A DNA stretch of 64,000 bases from an uncultured Acidobacteriota bacterium (lineage in GTDB: Bacteria > Acidobacteriota > UBA6911). The translations under genes and the position numbers were made by a program. The notes under the pieces were generated by a model. It was not told where the DNA came from and did not search any database. It worked only from the letters and a program-made list of their open reading frames with translations. The first letter of the stretch is position 1; every line of letters begins with the position of its first letter. Below, piece after piece: positions 31,180 through 41,022 of this stretch. The DNA is taken from NCBI GenBank assembly GCA_963827655.1, contig CAWHCF010000010.1, positions 160,001-224,000 of the forward strand, written 5' to 3'.

Positions 31180-31373
31180 AATCCTCGCAAAAAGGCAAGA
31201 AGTTATGGCGAGGAATTGCAAGGCCGCAAGACCGCGGGGTTGGTGGAAATGGTGTTGAAAACCTGTGAGGATGTTGTCTGAAGCTCGAATCAAGTTACTG
31301 AAAACAGGAAACTTGGTTAACCATCGGATTTTTCCACAGGCTGCCTGGCCGGAAGGCGCGAGTAGCCCCGAAT

Positions 31374-31631
31374 CTACTCGGCTTCAACCAGGCGCAAGTG
31401 GACATGGTTGCGCCGGTGTTCTTCAAGGATGCGCCGGGCTTCCTGGGCAAGCGAGGCGGGGACGTAGATACGAATTTCTCCGAGCCCCTGGATATTGAGG
31501 GGGTAAACAACATGAAAAACCCGCGACGCGTAGTGGCAGGGGATGTTGTAGCTTTCGAGCAGGTTCTTGATGACAAAGGCTTCGCTGCCTGTGCCTGTTC
31601 TTGCGACAATGATGGGTGCTTGCTTGTCCAT
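31374..31631 (-). CDS. DUF2007-like (putative signal-transducing) small protein
   Basis: EA.VIK.LLES..IP....G...I.VP.....AR.IL pattern. Confidence 0.75.
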   Translation of the reverse strand: MDKQAPIIVARTGTGSEAFVIKNLLESYNIPCHYASRVFHVVYPLNIQGLGEIRIYVPASLAQEARRILEEHRRNHVHLRLVEAE

Positions 31632-31635
31632 CGAG

Positions 31636-32751
31636 CTAGCCTACCACTTCCTGAAAGAGTCGGAAGAAATTCCCGCCGATGATCTTGTCAATTTCGGCTT
31701 GCGTGAATCCACCGCGCGAAAGAGCGTCAGCCAAGACGACCAGGCGTTTGGGCTGGTTCAGCTCCGGTACGCGGACGTGTGACGGACGCCGCGTGTAGAT
31801 GGTTCGGTTCGTGGTGCTCTGGAAGAACTGAACGTGTCCGGCAAGCTCTTCGGCCAATCGCTGGACGCCGCCCATTGGCCCGTCGCTTCCGAAACCCACA
31901 TGGTCTATACCGGCAAGGCGGACGGCATGCTTGATATGACCAACGACGGCGTCCAGCGTGGCGGTGTCGCGGTCGGTCAGCCAGCAGGTCATATTGAAGA
32001 TGCCGATAACTCCACCCTTCTCGGCCAGGGCGCGGATTTGGGCGTCGGTCTTGTTCCGCTCCGTCGAGAGAAGCGCGCGGCAGCCCGCATGGGTGAAAGC
32101 GCACGGTCGCTTCGAGAAGCGAATAGCATCGAAGGTCGTTTGTTCGCCGCAGTGCGACAGATCCACCAGGATCCGCAATTCGTTCATAGCTTCGACAACC
32201 TGGAGGCCGAAGTCGCTCAGGCCGCCGTTTACCCTGTCGACATAGCCATCGCCGACAAAGTTGCGGCTGTTGTGCGTCAATTGGATCACGCGCACGCCAA
32301 GATCGTAAAACAGGCGCAGGCGGTGGAGATCGCGCTCAAGAGGATAGGCATCCTGAAACAGGTAAACCAGGGCATGTTTTCCGGTCTTTTTGGCGGTCAA
32401 AATATCGCGGGCGCAGTCGGCCCGCATCAGTAAATCCTTGCCGCGTGCAATCGATTCATTCCAGAGGGCGAGGCTACGAATGCAATCGTCGAAGCTGCGA
32501 CCCCTGGGCGTGATGGAAACATCATAGAACGCATACGTCATGCCCGAGTCCCGGATTGCATTCAGAGTCAGGGCGTCAAGATTCGAAGAGTAGTCTTCGG
32601 TGTATACCAGCGAATCTCCGGAAATCGACTTTCGGTAAAGGGTTTCTACTTCTTCGGGCGTGTAAGAGGCGGACTCGGGAAAACCGGCGCCCGGAACCAC
32701 CAGGGCTGCGCCGGCCGCGCGGCACAAGAAATCCCTCCGGGTTAATGCCAT
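31636..32751 (-). CDS. Tat-exported membrane dipeptidase (M19, renal dipeptidase family)
   Basis: LTRRDFL twin-arginine signal; GVRVIQLTHN, GLSDFG, VDLSH, RNKTD, DHVGFGSD, GGNF.R. Confidence 0.9.
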   Translation of the reverse strand: MALTRRDFLCRAAGAALVVPGAGFPESASYTPEEVETLYRKSISGDSLVYTEDYSSNLDALTLNAIRDSGMTYAFYDVSITPRGRSFDDCIRSLALWNESIARGKDLLMRADCARDILTAKKTGKHALVYLFQDAYPLERDLHRLRLFYDLGVRVIQLTHNSRNFVGDGYVDRVNGGLSDFGLQVVEAMNELRILVDLSHCGEQTTFDAIRFSKRPCAFTHAGCRALLSTERNKTDAQIRALAEKGGVIGIFNMTCWLTDRDTATLDAVVGHIKHAVRLAGIDHVGFGSDGPMGGVQRLAEELAGHVQFFQSTTNRTIYTRRPSHVRVPELNQPKRLVVLADALSRGGFTQAEIDKIIGGNFFRLFQEVVG

Positions 32752-32752
32752 G

Positions 32753-33070
32753 TTACTCCTTCTTCTTAAAAAGATCCTCGAAACGAGCTCGCGCGTCATC
32801 TGCGGATGAAGGCCGGCTGATTCCGGAACGGGCGCCTCGGCGGGGCTCGAAGTAGTCGCAGAAATTCGCTCGATCTTTGTCGCGAACCCATTCGGCCTGG
32901 GGCTCATTGCATTCGTTGTGCGCCGAGCGATTGTAGAGGCGGCAATTCAGGCAAGAGTGCAGGTCGGCGTCGCACTTCGGGCACGTGTCCTTGCGTCCGA
33001 TGCGGTCCTTGATCGGATACGCCGTTCCGCATTTGAAGCAATGCAACAAGGATTCAGATTGCGATGACAT
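32753..33070 (-). CDS. Small Cys-rich zinc-binding conserved hypothetical protein
   Basis: CFKC..CPKC.ADLHSCLNC.LY..EC.E..VRDKDRANFCDYF..AR..FEDLF. Confidence 0.7.
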   Translation of the reverse strand: MSSQSESLLHCFKCGTAYPIKDRIGRKDTCPKCDADLHSCLNCRLYNRSAHNECNEPQAEWVRDKDRANFCDYFEPRRGARSGISRPSSADDARARFEDLFKKKE

Positions 33071-33093
33071 AATCCACCGCCCAGAATGATGCC

Positions 33094-33165
33094 GCGCCTT
33101 CGCGCCTTTGTGGTTAGTGCGGCCGCACCAAAAGTCCACCACTAAGACTCAAAGACTCGAAGAAA
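33094..33165. repeat. Palindromic 8-nt-period REP-like element
   Basis: GCGCCTTCGCGCCTTTGTGGTTAG...ACCACTAAGACTCAAAGACTCGAAGAAA. Confidence 0.7.
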
Positions 33166-33172
33166 GTCAATG

Positions 33173-34076
33173 CTACTTTATTGTCCTCGGCGATCGCTTC
33201 TTGTGGAAGCCCTGAAATTCGTAGGTCGCTCCCACTGCGACGCCCGAATCGGGGTCGAATTGCTTCAGGCCGGCTATGGCGGCCAGATCCCACTGGAGCC
33301 CTGCGGCAAGGAACTGCGCTCCCAGTCGAATCTGGGATTGGCTCTCATTCCCCACTCGATCCGGCCCCTGCCGGCCATGAACTTCCGCGAAGACGGCCAC
33401 GCGCCGGTGAACCGGAGTGACAAAGGCGAGGCCGTACGTGAGCAGGTCTGCCTGAGCGCCGGGCGTCACGGCTGAGCCGAGTATGGCCAACCCCAGATTG
33501 CCGAGCAACTGAACTCGCCCCACGCGTTTCGAGAGCAGCACGCTTGAGAAAAAATTGGTTTCGTCCGTTCCCAGGCCGCTTTTCGTTGCTGGCGTTTGGC
33601 AGCTGGACGGCGAACTTGAGGCCCAGCGCGGGCCGCCGGTTCCCTTCACGCGCAAACCTTAGTCTCGTAGCCAGGATAAGATCCCCAACATCGCTGGTTG
33701 CATTACCTGCAAAATCGGGCGCGATTACCGGTGGATACCGTCGGGAGACGGAAAGGAAATCCTGCACCACGCCCGAAACTTCAAAGTCTGCGTACTCCCC
33801 AACGCCAAAGCGCAAGCTGGCAACTCCGACGCGCGTCAAATCGCCTTCCAGTCCAGATAATGAGTACCGCTGCCCCTGCAGAAACTCCACTCCAAATTCG
33901 AGGCGTATTCGACCGAGCTCGAGTAGATCGGTATCTTCGGTTTTGAGGGATCGCTGCTGGGCCGGAAGAGATTCACAAAAAATCCAGGACACAAGTGCCC
34001 AGACACAGACTGCTGTGACGGGTCGTGTCCTTCTGGAGGTGTATGTACGGGACCGCTTGAAGTCCCCGAAAGTCAC
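33173..34076 (-). CDS. Putative outer-membrane beta-barrel (MetA-pathway/transporter-like), frameshifted near 33582
   Basis: Signal peptide; alternating beta-strand pattern; GD..L..R.RF, V.LP.A..E.GLGTD across two frames; start uncertain. Confidence 0.6.
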
Positions 34077-34831
34077 GCCGTCTCCCCTCTTTGAGCAGTA
34101 CCGAGGCCACCACCTTGAAATTGGAGGATCGCCAGTGCCGCCACGGCGGCCGTTTCCGTGCGTAGTATCCTGGGACCCAGGTTGCGAATCTGGTAACCGG
34201 CTCGGTCCGCCGCCTCCACTTCGGCTTGATCCCAACCACCCTCCGGACCGATACAAACGACGAATCGAGCCGAGCGGCCGAAGGTGCTTCCCCAGCATTC
34301 TGGCGACTTCTCGTCAAAAAACAACCTGGCTGAATTGGGAAATTCTTTACCGGTGAGGAAGTCGAGCACCTGACGGGCTTGATGAATTCTGGGTATGGAG
34401 ACGCGGCCGCACTGTTTCGAGGCTTCCTGGACGATGCGGCGCCACCGTTCCATACTCGCTTGGAGCTTGTCCTCGGTGAGGCGGACGGGAGAAAAACGCG
34501 CCTGGAGGGGCACGATCTCCTGAACGCCCAATTCCGTTGTCTTTTGTAAGGCCCACGCGAACCGATCGGGCTTCGCCAACGCCAGCGCCAGAACGACGTG
34601 GACCGGTGATTCCGTGGCGGCTTCGATCCTTTGCAGGGAGCCAACAACTAATTCGGAGCCGGACGCTTCCACCCTGCCAACGTAACCGTTTCCCTCGCCG
34701 TCGAAAATCTCGACCTGATCGCCTGGCCGGAGCCTCAGGACATCGCGCAGGTGATGGATCTGATCGAAGGAAAGCCGGGCAACCCCGTCGCGTATCTTGT
34801 CGAGGGGAACGAAGAATCGTCTTCGGGTCAT
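34073..34831 (-). CDS. rsmE: 16S rRNA m3U1498 methyltransferase
   Basis: HHLRDVLRL, QK.TELGV, EASKQCGR, IGPEGG, LGPRILRTETA. Confidence 0.96.
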   Translation of the reverse strand: MTRRRFFVPLDKIRDGVARLSFDQIHHLRDVLRLRPGDQVEIFDGEGNGYVGRVEASGSELVVGSLQRIEAATESPVHVVLALALAKPDRFAWALQKTTELGVQEIVPLQARFSPVRLTEDKLQASMERWRRIVQEASKQCGRVSIPRIHQARQVLDFLTGKEFPNSARLFFDEKSPECWGSTFGRSARFVVCIGPEGGWDQAEVEAADRAGYQIRNLGPRILRTETAAVAALAILQFQGGGLGTAQRGETA

Positions 34832-34839
34832 GGGTTCTA

Positions 34840-35952
34840 CTACCCGAAGATATCTTTTACCTTGTCGAACAGGTTTCGTTCCTGTGAGAGTTCGTCGTCC
34901 TTGCTTACTCGGGCAAGGTCTTCGAAAAGCTGTCGCTGCTCTTTGGTGAGCTTGGTGGGAATTGCGACGTTTACAGCGACGAACTGGTCGCCGTGGCCGC
35001 GCTCGCCGAGACTCACGATCCCTTTATTGCGAAGCCGGAATACCGACCCGGTTTGGGTTCCTGCGGGAATCTTGAGTTTTTCGTCACCTTCCAGCGTGGG
35101 GACAATGATCTCGCCGCCCAACACAGCCTGGGTGATGGCAATGGGCACCTGGCAATAAATATTGTTCCCCTGCCGCTGAAAGAAATCATGCTCTTCTACG
35201 TAGATCACGACGTAAAGGTCCCCAGGCGGCCCCCCCTGGGTGCCGGCCTCTCCCTCGTTCTGGATGCGCAGCTTGGCGCCGTTGTCCACACCCGCTGGAA
35301 TCTTGATCTCGAGGACCTTTTCTTTTTGGACGCGCCCGCGTCCCTGGCAGTTTTCGCACGGATCTCGAATAATCTTGCCGCCGCCCTGGCATTGGCTGCA
35401 GGTTCGGCTGATCGAGAAGAAGCCCTGCTGGTAGCGGACCTGGCCGGTTCCGTGGCAAACCTGGCAGATGACAGGCTGTTTTCCCTTGGCGGTTCCCCGC
35501 CCCTCGCAGCTCGAGCAAGTATCCTGCCGCGGGATCTTGACCTTGGTCCTGAGTCCGAAGGCCGCCTCACGAAAGGAAATCTTTAAATCGTAGCGCAGGT
35601 CCGCGCCCCGGTCCGGACCCCCGCGCCGGCGTGCGCCAAAGATGTCGCCGAAGCCGAAGAACTCTCCCAGGATATCACCGAAATCGCCGAAGGTGGCCGG
35701 GTCAAACCCGGTAAAACCGCCTTGCATGCCGCCGTGCCCGAAGCGATCGTAACGGGACCGCTTTTCCTGATCGCTCAAGACGGAATATGCTTCAGCAGCC
35801 TCCTTGAACTTTTCTTCCGCCTCCTTCTGGTTTGGATTCTTGTCCGGGTGATATCTAATGGCGAGTTTCCGGTAAGCGCTCTTGATCTCCTGGTCGCTGG
35901 CGTTCTGATGGACGCCCAATACCTCGTAGTAGTCTCGTTTATGATTCATCAA
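34840..35952 (-). CDS. dnaJ: Chaperone DnaJ
   Basis: [15 protein letters not shown]-rich region, four CxxCxGxG repeats. Confidence 0.98.
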   Translation of the reverse strand: MMNHKRDYYEVLGVHQNASDQEIKSAYRKLAIRYHPDKNPNQKEAEEKFKEAAEAYSVLSDQEKRSRYDRFGHGGMQGGFTGFDPATFGDFGDILGEFFGFGDIFGARRRGGPDRGADLRYDLKISFREAAFGLRTKVKIPRQDTCSSCEGRGTAKGKQPVICQVCHGTGQVRYQQGFFSISRTCSQCQGGGKIIRDPCENCQGRGRVQKEKVLEIKIPAGVDNGAKLRIQNEGEAGTQGGPPGDLYVVIYVEEHDFFQRQGNNIYCQVPIAITQAVLGGEIIVPTLEGDEKLKIPAGTQTGSVFRLRNKGIVSLGERGHGDQFVAVNVAIPTKLTKEQRQLFEDLARVSKDDELSQERNLFDKVKDIFG

Positions 35953-36222
35953 TGTGAACTCCGCGCACGCTGCGTGGCTGCGACATCGTAAAGTATGTGA
36001 TCTGGTTTGTTATCTTGCAATCTCGCGCTCTCAATTCGCGCAGGGCAACGTGCCGGCTTTTGGGTCGCGCCTGGCCATGCCATCCATTCGACGCCAGCAA
36101 CCCATTCATTTTAGACATGTTGTATTGTTTTGAGCGCCTTATGGGAAGCGGTTATTTTTAACATTTCCGGATGAACTGTGTCAAGAAATCCAGCCAAACC
36201 GGTCGATCGCAAGGCCTCGGGG

Positions 36223-36291
36223 GTTCCTGGAGTCTTCGTGGTTAGCGCTGCGAAATACCACTAGGACGCAAGGACACGAAGAAACACCAGG
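36223..36291. repeat. Palindromic 8-nt-period REP-like element downstream of grpE
   Basis: TCCTGGAGTCTTCGTGGTTAGCGCTGCGAAATACCACTAGGACGCAAGGACACGAAGAAACACCAGG. Confidence 0.8.
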
Positions 36292-36302
36292 TGCTTGTTC
36301 GC

Positions 36303-36899
36303 TTAATCTTTGGGCGGTGTTGCGACCTTTACCTGCGCAGGACGAAGGAGACGGCCTTTGAAGAGATACCCGCGCTGCAATTCCTCGACGATGGTGTTTT
36401 CCTCGTACTCGTCGCTCTCTTCGCGGACCACGGCTTCATGAAGATGAGGATCGAATTTCTCGCCGCGAACTTCCATGGCAGTTACGCCGATTCGAGACAA
36501 CGCATCGTTGAGCTGCTTGTAAAGGAGCTGGAACCCCTGGCGGTATTGATCAAGGCCCTCGACGGTCTCAGTGGCTTCGGGGAAACTGCTAAGAGCCCTT
36601 TCACAAGCATCGACAATGGGAAGAATCTCGGACAGTACCGAACTCTTTGCCAGTGTGGCGGACTCGGTTCTTTCCTTTTCGGTTCGCTTGCGAAAATTCT
36701 CAAATTCAGCTGCTTTGCGCAGATAGCGGTCGTGCCAATCTTTGGTTTCACTCCTGGCGGCGGCGAGGTCCGCCTGAAGTTGGGCCGAAGCGTCCGCCGC
36801 TTCTGACGGGCTTGTCGCCGGACTCTCTTCAGTAGTAGTTGGCCCCTCAGGAGGAGGTCCGCCGGATTCGGAGGGGCGTCGAAAGAGTTTCCACGTCAT
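36303..36899 (-). CDS. grpE: Nucleotide exchange factor GrpE
   Basis: AEFENFRKR, FDPHLHEAV, QRGY..GRLLRPAQVKV. Confidence 0.97.
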   Translation of the reverse strand: MTWKLFRRPSESGGPPPEGPTTTEESPATSPSEAADASAQLQADLAAARSETKDWHDRYLRKAAEFENFRKRTEKERTESATLAKSSVLSEILPIVDACERALSSFPEATETVEGLDQYRQGFQLLYKQLNDALSRIGVTAMEVRGEKFDPHLHEAVVREESDEYEENTIVEELQRGYLFKGRLLRPAQVKVATPPKD

Positions 36900-36918
36900 G
36901 CTTTTAGCGCCCCTTCCA

Positions 36919-37011
36919 ATTGCAGATTGCGGATTGCAGATTGCGGATTGTTTTTATTGATCAATTGCTGCATCCCTGTAATCGCAATCCAAAATCCGAA
37001 ATCCGCAATCG
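36919..37011. repeat. Inverted heptamer tandem repeat (ATTGCAG/ATTGCGG ... CGCAATC/CGAAATC)
   Basis: Left arm 36919-36950 and right arm 36980-37011, between hrcA and grpE. Confidence 0.8.
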
Positions 37012-37074
37012 GGTCGCTCGTGTCTCGCCCAGGAGCTTGGGGGAACTGCAGAACATCTATTTCCTCGCGAACCC

Positions 37075-38175
37075 TCAGGAGACCTGATTGCCCAGCACCC
37101 GCCCGAACAATCTGGCTACATAGTCCACAAGAGATATGGCGCGCCCGTATTCCATTCGGGTGGGACCTAAGATTCCGAGTGAGCCGTGGGTTTTCTCATC
37201 CACCACGTAGCGGGAGGTGATAATGGTACAGTCTTCAATCGCCGGAAGGGCGTTTTCAGCTCCGATTGTGATTCGAACCTCTTGAGTGTCTCCCTTGATG
37301 CACTCCGAAATCAGCGACGCCAGACGGCTCTTCTCTTCGATCGTTTCGAAGAGCGTTCGCATCCGGTTGATATCGGAGAATTCCGGATTCTTGATCAGGT
37401 TCGACGCGCCTTCCAGGTAGATTTCCGAGTGGACGTCGTCTGAAGCTTCGGCGAACGTCTGGGTGCTCAAGACAATCACTCGCTGCATGAATTTATCGTA
37501 AAGGGCTCGGTCCTGTTTGATCATTTGCAGGATCAGAGCCCTGATTTCCATAAGAGTCTTGTCCTTGAAACGTTCGATGATAAAACGCGCGGCCTGATCA
37601 AGTTCTGTCTGGGAAAAATCCTGTCTGACATGAATCACGCGGTTTTGAACGATCCCCGAGCGAGACACCAGAATCACCAGAATCCTATCGTCCGTCAATT
37701 GGACAAACTGAATATATTGGAGAGCCACGAGGCTGATCGGGGGAGAGACCACGATCCCCAGGCTGTTGGATACGCGCGACAAGACGTTACTGGTCCGTGC
37801 CATCAGGTGTTCGGCACTGTCGTCGGGACGTAAGTTCCGGTCGACGATATCGCGGTCGCGCGCCGATATTTCGGTCCGCTTCAGCATGTAATCGACGTAA
37901 AACCGGTATGCCTTATCGGTGGGAACTCGGCCGGCCGACGCATGGGGCTGTTTCAGGTAGCCCATTTCTTCCAGGTCGGCCATGATGTTCCGCACCGTGG
38001 CCGCGCTCAGATGTTCCCGGCTGTGACGCGCAATTTTCCTCGATCCGACCGGCTTTCTGGTCGAAACAAACGTGGAGATGACCCACTCCAGAATCTCCCG
38101 TGAGCGCTCGTTGAGGGTAAAGTGCTCGTTAGCCTGAATTCTCATACCTGCTTTCTCGCGCCCAGCGTCGGACAC
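37075..38175 (-). CDS. hrcA: Heat-inducible transcription repressor HrcA
   Basis: PVGS, SAATVRN.MADLE.MGYL.QPH.SAGRVPTDK.YR.YVD, LGILGPTRMEY; start may be ~38145. Confidence 0.97.
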   Translation of the reverse strand: MSDAGREKAGMRIQANEHFTLNERSREILEWVISTFVSTRKPVGSRKIARHSREHLSAATVRNIMADLEEMGYLKQPHASAGRVPTDKAYRFYVDYMLKRTEISARDRDIVDRNLRPDDSAEHLMARTSNVLSRVSNSLGIVVSPPISLVALQYIQFVQLTDDRILVILVSRSGIVQNRVIHVRQDFSQTELDQAARFIIERFKDKTLMEIRALILQMIKQDRALYDKFMQRVIVLSTQTFAEASDDVHSEIYLEGASNLIKNPEFSDINRMRTLFETIEEKSRLASLISECIKGDTQEVRITIGAENALPAIEDCTIITSRYVVDEKTHGSLGILGPTRMEYGRAISLVDYVARLFGRVLGNQVS

Positions 38176-38216
38176 GAGACCAGCTTGAAAAGAGCCCGAA
38201 ATCTACTGATTACCGG

Positions 38217-38246
38217 ATTTTATAGTACAGGCCGAGGCAAAGTCAA
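38217..38246 (-). promoter_or_regulatory. Sigma70-type promoter for hrcA
   Basis: TTGACT followed after 16-18 nt by TATAAAAT on the minus strand. Confidence 0.5.
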
Positions 38247-38293
38247 ATCGTGCTCGAGCGGACCTGACCGGCAGGACGCCAGACACCAGGCTT

Positions 38294-39406
38294 TCAAAGC
38301 AGGGAGTCAATAGGGGTCTCGGGAAGCTCCTGGGCCTGGGCTACGGGCTTGCACGTGACGTGACCCCGGTAGACATTCACCCCCTGTTTCAGGGCAGGGT
38401 CCTTTCGTACTGCGTGCGCTAATCCGAGGCCCGCAAGGCGGCGCGCATAGGGGAGCGTAACGTTGGTTAAGGCGAAAGTGGAGGTCCTTGGAACCGCTCC
38501 GGGCATATTGGCGACACAGTAATGCACGACTCCGTCGACTATAAAAATCGGGTCGCTGTGGGTCGTGGGGCGAGTTGTCTCCAGGCACCCACCCTGATCA
38601 ACGGCCACGTCGACCACGACCGCTCCTTTTTGCATAGTCGAGATCATTCGCCGGCTGATGAGCTTGGGTGCTTCAGCTCCAACGATAAGAACGGCTCCGA
38701 TGAGAAGGTCGGCCTTCGCCACGGACTCCTCGATGTTGTAGGGGTTCGACATGAGGGTTTCAATCTGCCCGAAGAAGATATCGTCCAGATAGCGAAGGCG
38801 GTCAGCATCCAGGTCAATGATCGTCACTCGGGCACCCAGCCCCACGGCCATTTTGGCGGCATGTGTGCCAACCGTGCCGGCCCCGATGATAACCACGTTG
38901 GCCGGGGGCACGCCGGGCACGCCGCCCAGGAGTTCGCCTCGCCCTCCGTTCGGTTTTTGGAGATAGAAGGCGCCAACCTGAATGGACATCCGGCCCGCCA
39001 CCTCGCTCATCGGCGTGAGGAGAGGCAAGGAACCATTGGGTAATCGGATGGTTTCGTAAGCGATCCCTGTGACCTTCTTGTTGAGCAGCACCCTTGTCAG
39101 ATCGGGAGCCGGAGCAAGGTGCAGATAGGTAAAGAGAATTTGCTCGCTGCGGAGCATCTCGTACTCGGGACCTACAGGCTCCTTTACTTTGATGATCATC
39201 TCCGCGCGTTCATAAACCGTCGAAGCCGAGGAGACGATTTCGGCCCCCGCCGCGGCGTATTCGGCGTCAGCGATCCCGCTTTCTTCGCCGCTCTGCGTTT
39301 CCACCAATACCTTGTGGCCATCCTGTACCAGGGCATGCGCCCCGGCCGGGACCAGTCCCACGCGAGACTCGTTGTCTTTGATTTCCCTGGGAACTCCGAC
39401 AATCAT
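38294..39406 (-). CDS. ald: Alanine dehydrogenase
   Basis: [51 protein letters not shown]. Confidence 0.97.
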   Translation of the reverse strand: MIVGVPREIKDNESRVGLVPAGAHALVQDGHKVLVETQSGEESGIADAEYAAAGAEIVSSASTVYERAEMIIKVKEPVGPEYEMLRSEQILFTYLHLAPAPDLTRVLLNKKVTGIAYETIRLPNGSLPLLTPMSEVAGRMSIQVGAFYLQKPNGGRGELLGGVPGVPPANVVIIGAGTVGTHAAKMAVGLGARVTIIDLDADRLRYLDDIFFGQIETLMSNPYNIEESVAKADLLIGAVLIVGAEAPKLISRRMISTMQKGAVVVDVAVDQGGCLETTRPTTHSDPIFIVDGVVHYCVANMPGAVPRTSTFALTNVTLPYARRLAGLGLAHAVRKDPALKQGVNVYRGHVTCKPVAQAQELPETPIDSLL

Positions 39407-39409
39407 GCT

Positions 39410-40906
39410 CTACATGGCCTCAGTGTCAATCTGCGCCCTTTGCAACTTGCCGCTGTAATCAATGTAGATGGACTTCCATTCTGAGAAGGTATCCAGGGCT
39501 GCCTGCCCGGCTTCGCGATGGCCATTCCCAGTCTGTTTGGTGCCCCCGAAGGGAAGATGAACCTCCGCTCCAATGGTGGAAGCGTTGACATAGAAGATGC
39601 CGGTATTCATGTCTCGCATGGCCTGGAACGCGGCGTTGATATTCTGAGTGTAGATGGCGGACGACAGCCCGTAAACGACGCCGTTGCCGATCTCGATCGC
39701 GCTTTCAAGATCGTCGCAGGGAATAACTGAGACGACCGGGCCAAAGATTTCCTCCTGGGCAATTCGCATTCTGGGATCCACGTCGGCGAAGATCGTGGGC
39801 TCGTGGAAGAAACCCTTGGCATATTCCCCGTCGGAGAGTCGGCGGCCGCCGCAGACCAGCCTGGCGCCTTCATCTCGGCCGATCCTGACATATTCTTCGA
39901 CGGTCCGGAGTTGATTGTCACTGATCATCGGCCCCATTTCCGTCGAGGGATCCAAGCCATTCCCCACGCGAAGGGCTTTGGCGCGGCAAGAGAACTTTTC
40001 GAGGAATTCCGGATAGACGGTCTTGTGCACGACCACACGGCTTGCGGCCGTGCATCGCTGGCCGGAGGTTCCGAATCCTCCCCAGACGGCCCCATCTACG
40101 GCCAGGTCGAGCCTGGCATCATCCATCACGATGATGACGTTCTTGCCGCCCATTTCCAGGTGATGATGCTTGAAAGAGGGGGCGCATTCCCGGGCAACCT
40201 CGTGCCCCACTTCCGTGGAACCGGTGAATGAGACCAGCTTCACCTCCTTGTGGCGGATCAGGGGCAGACCGACCGCAGTCCCTGCACCTGTAACCAGGTT
40301 GACGACGCCGCGCGGAACTCCGGCGTCTTCGAGAACCTTGACCAGGTTGAGGGCGGAGTGAGGCGTGTCCGTGGCCGGCTTGATCACCGCGGTATTTCCG
40401 CAAACCAACGCGGGCATTATTTTCCACGACGGTATCGCCATGGGAAAATTCCACGGCGTTATCAGTCCGCACACTCCCACAGGCATTCGCATGGACATGG
40501 CGAACTTGTTCCTCAGCTCCGATGGGACGGTCTGTCCGAATTGCCGTCGACCCTCGCCCGCCATGTAGTAGCTCATATCGATGGCTTCCTGAGCATCGCC
40601 TCTGGTTTCAGTCAGGATTTTACCCATCTCTTGCGTCATCTGGCGCGCAAACTCTTCCTTGTGGCGCACGAGCATTTCGGCGGCGCGAAAGACGATCTCC
40701 GCGCGTCCTGGCGCCGGCACCAGGCTCCACGATTTGAGCGCGCGGGCGGCGGCGTCCACGGCCCTGTCGATATCCTCGGGTCCTGATCGCGGGAACAGCC
40801 CGAGCACCTGCTGGTGAAGCGCGGGATTCCGATTTTCATACGTGGCGCCGGAAGCGGCTGGCACCCACTCTCCGTCAATGAAGTTCTGGAAAACTGGCGT
40901 ACTCAT
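39410..40906 (-). CDS. NAD-dependent aldehyde dehydrogenase
   Basis: ITPWNFP, SFTGST, LEMGGKN, GQRCTA, EEIFGPV, PFGG.K. Confidence 0.95.
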   Translation of the reverse strand: MSTPVFQNFIDGEWVPAASGATYENRNPALHQQVLGLFPRSGPEDIDRAVDAAARALKSWSLVPAPGRAEIVFRAAEMLVRHKEEFARQMTQEMGKILTETRGDAQEAIDMSYYMAGEGRRQFGQTVPSELRNKFAMSMRMPVGVCGLITPWNFPMAIPSWKIMPALVCGNTAVIKPATDTPHSALNLVKVLEDAGVPRGVVNLVTGAGTAVGLPLIRHKEVKLVSFTGSTEVGHEVARECAPSFKHHHLEMGGKNVIIVMDDARLDLAVDGAVWGGFGTSGQRCTAASRVVVHKTVYPEFLEKFSCRAKALRVGNGLDPSTEMGPMISDNQLRTVEEYVRIGRDEGARLVCGGRRLSDGEYAKGFFHEPTIFADVDPRMRIAQEEIFGPVVSVIPCDDLESAIEIGNGVVYGLSSAIYTQNINAAFQAMRDMNTGIFYVNASTIGAEVHLPFGGTKQTGNGHREAGQAALDTFSEWKSIYIDYSGKLQRAQIDTEAM

Positions 40907-40911
40907 GATGT

Positions 40912-41022
40912 CGATTTACGATTGACGATTTACGATTGACGATTGACGATTGTACGAACGACATGAGGTCATGCTTTCCATTCTTGTACAATCGTCAATC
41001 GTAAATCGTCAATCGTCAATCG
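40912..41022. repeat. Inverted heptamer tandem repeat (CGATTGA/CGATTTA ... TCAATCG)
   Basis: Arms 40912-40955 and 40986-41022 form a near-perfect ~37-bp stem filling the intergenic gap. Confidence 0.9.

Noticed and set aside
36040-36060. Possible sigma54 promoter upstream of dnaJ (GGCACG...TGC)
   Set aside because: GG-to-GC spacing is 11 nt rather than the required 10.
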